From the NCBI RefSeq assembly GCF_964204645.1, contig NC_134030.1, forward strand, positions 603,355-667,354: a stretch of 64,000 nt of DNA. Reading direction: 5' to 3'. The notes beneath the pieces were generated by a model, which made no database searches, had not been told where the DNA came from, and was given only the letters and a program-made list of their open reading frames with translations. Source of the stretch: Tubulanus polymorphus (taxonomy: Eukaryota; Animalia; Nemertea). A program made the position numbers and the translations under genes. Positions 11,952-21,200 of the stretch are shown here, piece after piece. The number at the start of each line of letters is the position of its first letter. Position 1 is the first letter of the stretch.

Positions 11952-14900
11952 ATGGCGGATGTTCGTATATTGATTACTGATATAGTCTGTTGGTGCGGAT
12001 GGATAGTGATTATTAGTTTACCGGCAGCAGATGGTGGTATGTCCTCCCGAGCTCGTGCTCCTAAACATTTAACAAATATTACAGTAAAACCTCTCGCCTA
12101 TTTCTGGGACAAATTCTAAATTCTTGAAATTCAAGGGCCGGTTTAACGGACCGGTATAACCTTTAACCCCGGGACTAACTGTATTCATTTTCAATTGAGT
12201 TAACCCTCGGGTTAAAGGTTATATCGGTCTCTAAAACCGGGCCCTAAAGTTTAAAAGCGAAAGTCCAAATTAAGGAATAGATGATGAATACGTTTGGAAT
12301 TCAGGAAACGATTTTCGTTTTTGTGTCCGAGATGGCCGTGCCCCGAGGTAGGCTTTGAGGTCTCTACAGAGTTCGGGGACAGATCCAGAGGGTTTTGTGA
12401 AATGTGTCCATCAATTTCTTTTCTAGTTCCCTTTTTGGTACCATTTTTGTCAACGAAGATAAAAATGTTATATAATTAAACAATTTAATATAAAATTGTT
12501 CCGAGACATTATTCCTGAAGATGACTATTAGGATATAGTCGAAACGTTGAATAAACTACACTAGCTCAAGGAATACAGTATTCCTGAAGATGACTATTAG
12601 GATATAGTCGAAACGTTGAATAAACTACTATCTCGAAGTTTCATTTTCGGACTTTTTATTATCATCGTGGGATTCTCTCCTCATCGCGTCAACACGGATA
12701 TTGTGTTTTACCTATCGTGACCTCAATGGTGGTAGTATACCTAATGTAGCCCTTACGGGACATGCATGTGTTAAGGTGCCATTCTGGTACGTGACAAGTC
12801 ATTCAAAATTGGCCTCTGGATCCGCCCCTGGAATTGTGAGTAAAATGTGACTATGAACTCGACTCTACCGTTAGTGCTAATGAGTTGAAATTTAATTTAT
12901 AGGGTCTATAATTGACAATGAACTCTACTGTCTAATAAGTCTCTAGGCTAAATTGATACCTTGTTTCTCCTAATCGCGCGGGTCATTTCGTAAACTGCAA
13001 TAAAATGTGTAATCAGTTCATTTAATTCTATATGTATATAACTGCCGGGTCTTTTATTGTCAGCTTGATCATGATTAAATAAAGTAATGTACAGGGTAGA
13101 TAGGCGGCCGGCCGGGTCAACTTTTTAACTCAGCATAAATGAGAAAAACAAGGTATCAATTTTTTTAGCCCTTCTAGAGAAAATCCTTAGAATAATTTGC
13201 GATAAATTTCTACCTTGTCGAAATTTTTAGAATTTCTCAAACGGTTTTTGTGTTTGTAGGTGTTTGCACCGCTTACTGTTCGGAATATGATATCTGGCAC
13301 GAGGATGAACACTGCAGTAAATACTGTTGCGGTGATATACAATTGAAATACTGCTGTTCCCGATACGCCAATCAAATATCAGCTCATGATAATCGTAGAG
13401 GACACGTAAACAGTAATTGTGGTGCAAGAGGGTATAACATTAGAATACTCAGCGTGTAGATTAGTACGGGTATCAATCTGCTGTCTATGCACCTCTTTTT
13501 CACTCTTGTGAAGTGCGCTGATAAAATGTCCAAAATCTGGTGTTTGTAGTTCATTTTCAATTAGAAATGTCTCAGGTGAAGCACTGAACACATGTGAAGT
13601 TTGGATGATCAGTTTTTGAAAGTGTGCTGATAAAATGTCTAATATCTGGTGTTTGTAGTTCATTTTCAATTAGAAATGTCTCAGGTGAAGCACTGAACAC
13701 ATGTGAAGTGTGGACGATCAGTTTCTGAAAGTGTGCTGATAAAATGTCTAATATCTGGTGTTTGTAGTTCATTTTCAATTAAAAATGTCTCAGATGAAGC
13801 ACTGAACACATGTGAAGTGTGGACGATCAGTTTTTGAAAGTGTGCTGATAAAATGTCTAATATCTGGTGTTTGTAGTTCATTTTCAATTAAAAATGTCTC
13901 AGGTGAAGCACTGAACACATGTGAAGTGTGGACGATCAGTTTCTGAAAGTGTGCTGATAAAATGTCTAATATCTGGTGTTTGTAGTTCATTTTCAATTAA
14001 AAATGTCTCAGGTGAAGCACTGAACACATGTGAAGTGTGGACGATCAGTTTTTGAAAGTGCGCTGATAAAATGTCTAATATCTGGTGTTTGTAGTTCATT
14101 TTCAATTAAAAATGTCTCAGGTGAAGCACTGAACACATGTGAAGTGTGGACGATCAGTTTCTGAAAGTGTGCTGATAAAATGTCTAATATCTGGTGTTTG
14201 TAGTTCATTTTCAATTAAAAATGTCTCAGGTGAAGCACTGAACACATGTGAAGTGTGGACGATCAGTTTCTGAAAGTGTGCAGATAAAATGTCTAATATC
14301 TGTTGTTTGTAGTTCATTTTCAATTAGAAATGTCTGGGGTGAAGCACTGAACACATGTGAAGTGTGGACGATCAGTTTCTGAAAGTGTGCTGATAAAATG
14401 TCTAATATCTGGTGTTTGTAGTTCATTTTCAATTAGAAATGTCTCAGGTGAAGCACTGAACACATGTGAAGTGTGGACGATTAGAAATTGGAAGAATATG
14501 TCGTTTTGGGTCCAGGCTGAGAAGAGGTAGTACTCCGTGACAATGCTGAGGAGGGGTTCCTTGGTCCACCGATAATGAGGTGCCTGTAGGCTCCTGATTG
14601 ATACCTGTATAAGTTGTCGCATGATCAATGTTCGATTCATCTGAATTAAATCCTATGTGGGGTATGTTCATCGTTTCTGAACAAAGATAGAAATGTTTAC
14701 GATTTTGTTTTTCAGCGGAGCATACATGTTACCGATAATCCTGTCTGCAGTATTTTCTATATTTCTCATTATCAGCGTGATAATCTGCATATTCTGTTGC
14801 AGATACCGCAGAGGTCGCTCCAGTAAGTATAGAATGTACATCAGTCGCTCTAGTTGGGACGATCATTATGTAAATTGAATTAGAAATATAAATTGGGGTT

Positions 14901-16105
14901 AGAAAATAGAGATGACTTCAGTAATGTGACGACTTATCCAAATGATGACTTACACTTAGTGAATTGAATTAGAAATACAAATTGAGACTCAAAAATAGAG
15001 ATGACTTCAGTAATGTGACGACTTATCCAAATGATGACTTACACTTAGTGAATTGAATTAGAAATATAAATTGAGACTCAAAAATAGAGATGACTTCAGT
15101 AATGTGACGACTTATCCAAATGATGACTTACACTTAGTGAATTGAATTAGAAATACAAATTGAGACTCAAAAATAGAGATGACTTCAGTAATGTGACGAC
15201 TTATCCAAATGATGACTTACACTTAGTGAATTGAATTAGAAATATAAATTGAGACTAAAAAATAGAGATGACTTCAGTAATGTGACGACTTATCCAAATG
15301 ATGACTTACACTTAGTGAATTGAATTAGAAATACAAATTGAGACTCAAAAATAGAGATGACTTCAGTAATGTGACGACTTATCCAAATGATGACTTACAC
15401 TTAGTGAATTGAATTAGAAATATAAATTGAGACTAAAAAATAGAGATGACTTCAGTAATGTGACGACTTATCCAAATGATGACTTACACTTAGTGAATAG
15501 AATTAGAAATACAAATTGAGACTCAAAAATAGAGATGACTTCAGTAATGTGACGACTTATCCAAATGATGACTTACACTTAGTAAATTGAATTAGAAATA
15601 GAAATTGAGACTCAAAAATAGAGATGACTTCAGTAATGTGATGACTTATCCAAATGATGACTTACACTTAGTAAATTGAATTAGATATTAGCAGAATTAT
15701 ACGAAGAATTGAGACTTGGAATAGATTCAGTAATACGTCGACTTTCTCAGCGCGTTTGACGCTTCGCACTATGTTGATTTTAAAACCTCAATATTCAAAT
15801 TAAACGAGATGATTAACATATTTAATTTATTGATCTCTATTTTAGCGCAAAGAGGTGCTGGTGGAGCGGTGATGTATACTGCCGCTGGTCCAGTTCAACC
15901 CACCGTGTACGGACCACCACCCACTACTACTGTTACCGGGTATCCTACTGCCGCGTATCCACAGCAACCGCAACAATACACCGCCGATGATTACCCTTTC
16001 GGACAAGGGACGCAATACAACGCCCCCTATCCACCAGCTAGTGCACCACCAGCACCTACGGACTATACAGCCCCTCCCCCATCTTATGATTCGGTTGTTA
16101 GATGA
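11952..16105 (+). CDS. Shisa-like (Shisa4/5-VOPP1-WBP1 type) single-pass membrane protein, ~207 aa, 4 exons
   Basis: Exons 11952-12036 (signal peptide MADVRILITDIVCWCGWIVIISLPAADG, donor GTATGT), 13260-13431 (Cys-rich VCTAYCSEY..HCSKYCCGDIQLKYCCS; weak donor GTATAA), 14716-14822 (TM helix MLPIILSAVFSIFLIISVIICIFCC followed by RYRR, donor GTAAGT) and 15846-16105 (Pro/Tyr/Gln-rich tail ending PPPSYDSVVR, a PPxY motif). Phases 1/2/1 join into one 624-nt ORF. AATAAA at 16567. Confidence 0.88.
12135..12244. mobile_element. Palindromic MITE in Shisa intron 1
   Basis: gggccggtttaacggaccggtataacctttaacccc / gggttaaaggttatatcggtctctaaaaccgggccc long imperfect TIR. Confidence 0.75.
12509..12554 (+). 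ncRNA. Minimal type-I hammerhead ribozyme, copy 1 of tandem pair
   Basis: UUAUUC-CUGAAGA-U-GACUAU-uaggau-AUAGUC-GAAA-CGUU-GAAUAA: perfect 6-bp stem I and stem II, palindromic AACGUU in place of stem III. Confidence 0.85.
12579..12622 (+). ncRNA. Minimal type-I hammerhead ribozyme, copy 2 of tandem pair
   Basis: Identical core and stem II 69 bp downstream of copy 1; stem I UAUUC/GAAUA. Confidence 0.85.
12945..13172. mobile_element. MITE; an inverted partial copy lies at ~25265-25431
   Basis: TIR aggctaaattgataccttg / caaggtatcaatttttttagccct; internal gtagataggcggccggcc and agcttgatcatgat match 25268-25330 in reverse. Confidence 0.7.
13505..14482. repeat. 109-bp satellite, ~9 copies, in Shisa intron 2
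   Basis: Near-identical units; ORF-track duplicates are offset by exactly 109 bp. Confidence 0.97.
14870..15685 (+). repeat. 89-bp satellite, ~9 copies, in Shisa intron 3; partial copies at 7550-7745 and 1-240
   Basis: gatgacttcagtaatgtgacgacttatcc recurs at 14911, 15000, 15089 and onward. Confidence 0.97.
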
Positions 16106-17019
16106 TCATTCAACTGTCACAGTACCCTTTTGGATTGGATTCGCGATTACTTAGCAACAGTCTATATTGTTGGAAATGTTTGGAGTTTTTATGGAAAGTA
16201 CATATAGTTCTGCATGCTGTGGAGCCTAGCCGCTGGATGCTGGGTGATCTGGAGCCGGGCCGCTGGATGCTGGGTGATCTGGAGCCGGGCCGCTGGATGC
16301 TGGGTGCTCTGTATCCTTGCTGCTGGATGCTGGATGCTATAATCGGGTAGAGCGCATGGAACAAACTGTCAAAATGAAGGAAGTGGACGCAACGTCGGAT
16401 CATATGGAATATGACTAACTTACTAAGATTATTATGTAACTCAATATCGACGACTATCCATTTATTCTTGTCTGGGATCTATTTTTTGAGAGATATTTCT
16501 CTTAATCTGTTGAACACATACCTCAAACTGGTCTTAATTGCACGATCTGTAAAATTGTGCAGACTGAATAAATAAACCCTCGTTTTTATATCCATCTTAT
16601 ACACTGTGTACTGAACCACCGAAATGTTTTTACCTAAGAACCTTAGTATAATTTCTGAGGGTATGATTCCTACTTAGAAACGTCAGCGAGAAACATGATT
16701 TCATTTTTAAACAGTTTCAAATTCAAACACAATTTCATTTCTGAACCAGATTTTGTCCAAATATTCGAGTTAGGTTTGAATAAGGCGAGGAGGTTGAACC
16801 GTGTTCTCCCAAAAAGTCCACAAATGTTATATCTGAATGTTAAATGTGGAATTATTGTGTTTGTTTGAATGTGTGGTATCTAACAAGTGTCCTGTACAAT
16901 GTTCACACCCCGCGCATGCGCATCTAACCGTATAATGTGTGTATTGTACATTTTCTATACGAATAAAGTTAATTGTATGTATTGAATCACGTGCTAAACT
17001 TAGAACAAGTTTCCGGAAC

Positions 17020-17520
17020 CCAGTAATTACAGAAACTGAATCAGTCGGGAATTCAGCATCAGGACCACTCTGAATCAGTATCAGTAATTACTGGGTTCGA
17101 ACCCGCGACACCCCTGTACATCATCTATTCAACATCAAGGGCACTCTGAATCAGTATCAGTAATTACTGGGTTTGTACCCGGGACACCCCTGTACATCCT
17201 TTATTCAACATCAGGACCACACTGATTCAGTGTCAGTAAACTGTGCTGTACGGTGCTGCCGCTATGCTCGACATTAGCGGATTTTGCATAAACTAACACG
17301 AACTGACTCTGGCAGTAGACTCTCCTTGATTGCCAGAGTCGATTCCCGTTAGTGTATGAAAAATCCGCTAATGTTGAGCATAGCGGCAGCACCGGACGGT
17401 GTACTGGGCAGCATTCGATTTCAATTTCTCGCCGTATCTCGGGTTCAAACCCAACCTGGTACATCCCTGTACATCCTCTATTCAGCACCAAGATCACTCT
17501 GAATCACTGTCCTCAGTAAT
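17020..17520 (+). repeat. ~75-bp tandem repeat with a B-box-like GGTTCGAACCC, interrupted by a hairpin MITE (17251-17394)
   Basis: Repeated caggaccactctgaatcagt..agtaattactgggtt..acccctgtacatc; the MITE has a ~35-bp TIR (cggtgctgccgctatgctcgacattagcggatttt). Confidence 0.8.
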
Positions 17521-18010
17521 TGGAATGAACCCAAACTATTAGCCCAACCATGGACGTATGAACTAGATTATACGTCCATGGCCGAATCAACAATTAGCGG
17601 TTCGGTTCCATCCTCTCCGAGATGAGCGTCGATTCTGCAGGTTTTAACTGCATGTCCGAACCCCGCGAGACGGACCACCTCCTAAATCTACCCCTGTGTA
17701 GAGATCCATTCAGTGACTGAGTGGAAAAATGCCCTTTAATCATAGAGTCCTATAGTCATAGAGTCCATCCATCAGCGCTCCAGTCTTCGACCACGACCCC
17801 AAAACTATCCTATACCTCTAAAACTATCCTTTTTCCGATAAAGTATGGAACTATTTTGCTCAATTTAGATTTACTCCATCTAGCTCATGATGAAACCTGT
17901 TAAAAATAGACTACAAAACTGGCTGAATAAACAAACCAAGAACGATTCAGACACAATCAATGTTGACGACTTACAGCACCATTTTGTTTATTTACTCAAA
18001 TTACATATCA

Positions 18011-18138
18011 GGGGTCAGTTGCTCAAAAGTTGGTTACAGATAACCAGTGGATAGTTGACATTAAACATTAAAAGTTCATTGTTACAGTGGTATTTATCCG
18101 CCGGTTATCTTTTACCAACTTTTGAGAAACTGACCCCC
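18011..18138. mobile_element. Hairpin MITE just downstream of the PhyH stop codon
   Basis: ggggtcagttgctcaaaagttggt / accaacttttgagaaactgacccc TIR, with CAG/CTG flanks. Confidence 0.8.
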
Positions 18139-18273
18139 TGTATAATATTAATTATGTAGAATATTGAATGCAAAAAATAGGTAATTAAGTAATGGATAAA
18201 AATATGGCCAGTGTTGTAGATACACGTGTGATAAATATCGGTTAGATTTAGGACTGAGTTTGTGGTTAATAGA

Positions 18274-21200
18274 CTATTTCTCCCAAGCAGGATCGTAGAC
18301 AATAGGGTAGAGCTGTCCTCCCATCAGTTCACCCTGAAATATATACAAACACATATCATCATTACACCTTTCATTCTGACAAACATTCAAAGTACAGTCA
18401 AAAATTGATTATCCACAAAATTTTGAGTCCATGATTTTAACATTTTCTGATTCCTTTTTTCCCAATTCAACTGATGTTCTGTTATCCACCACCTATGATT
18501 ATTCATTTCAGTTTTCCAACCAAAATGATGAATTTTTGGATCAATTTCCACAATTTTGGGTTAGGATTCGATTCAGAGTCATCTCATAGAAAATTTAGAA
18601 CTAATTTTTACTTAAATTTCGACTAATTTCAACTTAAACCTAATTTTAGGGTTAACTATAACTAACCCTAACTGTGGAACTGGATCCTGATTACAAAAAT
18701 CTATCTTACACGTTGAATCTTGTGAATCTTTTCGACTTATCGAAAATAACAAACCTTTTTCACGATGCTGCCTTTCAGTAATTCTTCATCGGAGTTCGAT
18801 TTGGTTCCGTCTGCGAAGTAGTTCAATACAGCCGCTCGTCGAGGTACATCTGATCTATAAAGAGAAACAACTAACTCTCAATTTAAAAACAACAATATAT
18901 TTATTTACGACGTTTCGATCTCACCCTAGAGATCATCGTTAGTTGTCCGGTAATCCACCACACCTGACGATGATCTCTAGGGTGAGATCGAAATGTCGTG
19001 TATTTTATATATTTTAGATTGAATAAATAAATTCTTGTTTCTAAATTCTTTTAATCAGTAGATAGTGGGTTTTTATCTAATTATCCGTTCACCACGTTTG
19101 AGTGCACAGGTTAACGTTCAAGTAACTCTCCTTTCACTGAAGTAGAGATAATGAGTCGAACTGCTTACCGATTTCCGTATGATCCGTGCACGGCTAACGG
19201 ATGATGAAAACTGGCTTCTCCTTTTTTAAGTAGACTACAAACAGGTTTAAATGCAGCTTTCTCTTCCTCAGTCAAAATAGTCTAAAAACAAACGATGGTT
19301 GACATTAGACGCTACGCGCCAGTTTTATACAACATACCGGTAATTATGATGATTAGTTCCTGGTTTGAAGCCTTATCATGTTATTTGAACCTTCAACATT
19401 AGGGATCATTCATTTATTACATACGCATTAGGGGAGGGGGGAGGGGTCAGTGCAATTGCGTACTGTAATGCTTAATGTATATGAAAAAATGGCCGATTTT
19501 GCGTACAGAGGGGGAGGGGGGGTTGAAAAAGCTCTGCTGACTTAGGGACCATTTATTCATTACGTACGCATTAGTGGAGGGGGGAGGGGTCAGTGCTATT
19601 GCGTACTGTAATGCTTAATGCATATGAAAAAATGGCCGATTTTGCGTACAGAGGGGGAGGGGGGTTGATAAAGCTCTGCTGACTTAGGGACCATTTATTC
19701 ATCACGTACGCATTAGGGGAGGGGGGAGGGGGTCAGTGCTATTGCGTACTGTAATGCTTAATGTATGAAAAAATGGCCGATTTTGCGTACAGAGGGGGAG
19801 GGGGGGTGAAAAATTCAAATTTTATGCGTACGTAATAAATCAATGATCCCTACCGGTAATTATGATGTTTAGTTCCTCGTTTGAAGCCTTATCATTTTGA
19901 ATGATTTAAACAATGTAGTTTAATCGTAATTAGATAATATACAGTCAAACCCCTGATATACCACTCACATCGGTGCAGAACGATTTTGGTGGTATAGAGA
20001 GTATGGCGGTATATCGGGGGTGTTTACTATGCATTTGTATAGAGATGTACATTGAGTACATTTACCGCCACCCCCGCCTACCGCCAGGTAGGCGGGGGTG
20101 GCGATAAATGGGAGGGTGGTGTATCGGGGGGTTGACTGTAGTTTGAACCTTGTTAATACGAATCTGTTTAAGACGCTTGCAATGATTTCCATCATCTCCC
20201 GGCTAAAATATTTATATCAATCCATATTTGGGTACGACAAAACCAACTTAATACGATAATTTTGACAAAGAGGTTCCACTGTAGATGATCTAAGATGGTC
20301 CTAAGTCTAATGACCGTGCAACTGGACCGGACCAGACCGGATCGTCCCTTCAGTACGTTCTCCTTACCTTGATTGATTCCATGTCTTTGAAATTGAAATC
20401 GGTAACAGGTAATGGTTTACCCCCATCTCGTGTCCAATGATGCGACCCGCGTATATAATTCAAAGCTCCATTCTCTTCAGTTTGCTGATCAAGCGCAATA
20501 TGAACCTATAAACATCACGGTAATTAATCATATTGCTGAATACAGAATGAGTGAGTCTGACCCCTACCCTCCAGTCTGAATAGTCTGGAAGTAGTATGAC
20601 TAGTCCAGTAGTCTGACTCACACAGGATCCAGTATCATGGATAAATTAAACTCAAGTTTTTGGTTGACGGCATCATGTTAGGCAAAAATTCAAATTTAAC
20701 TAATAAATGTTATCATTACCATCAATCTTCTTCTTTTTTCTCTAGGGGGCCTGAACGTCCTAGTGATTGTACAGCCTTTAAGGCTCCGTTCAGGTCCCTC
20801 ATCATCAATCTACTTATTTGTTATACATTTTATTTGTAATTATAATTGATGATGAAATAAATTACATTACATTACATTACATTACATTACATTACATTAC
20901 ATTACATTACATTACTCGTTTTAAGCTATGTTCTTCATAAAACTGGACCCTGAGATTGATTGAGGCGGTTTAGTTGACATCCTACAGAACCCCCTTGAAT
21001 TAAAGGATCTCGACAACTTACTGTAATATGCTGCATAGGTTCTGTACGTGTCCAATACGAATAATCTTGATGCCTGAAATAATACAAACAGTTGTTACAA
21101 ATGGAGAGATGCAGAGAGGGGTGAGGTGTAGGCAGGAGAGTGAGGCAGAGAGGGAAATGTAAGAGAGAGGGGAGAGAGGCAGAGATAGGGAGAGGGAGAG

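Noticed and set aside
13505-15685. Regular repeat arrays as CRISPR
   Set aside because: Head-to-tail units with no unique spacers, no cas genes, and a eukaryotic intronic context; the same applies to all other arrays in the window.
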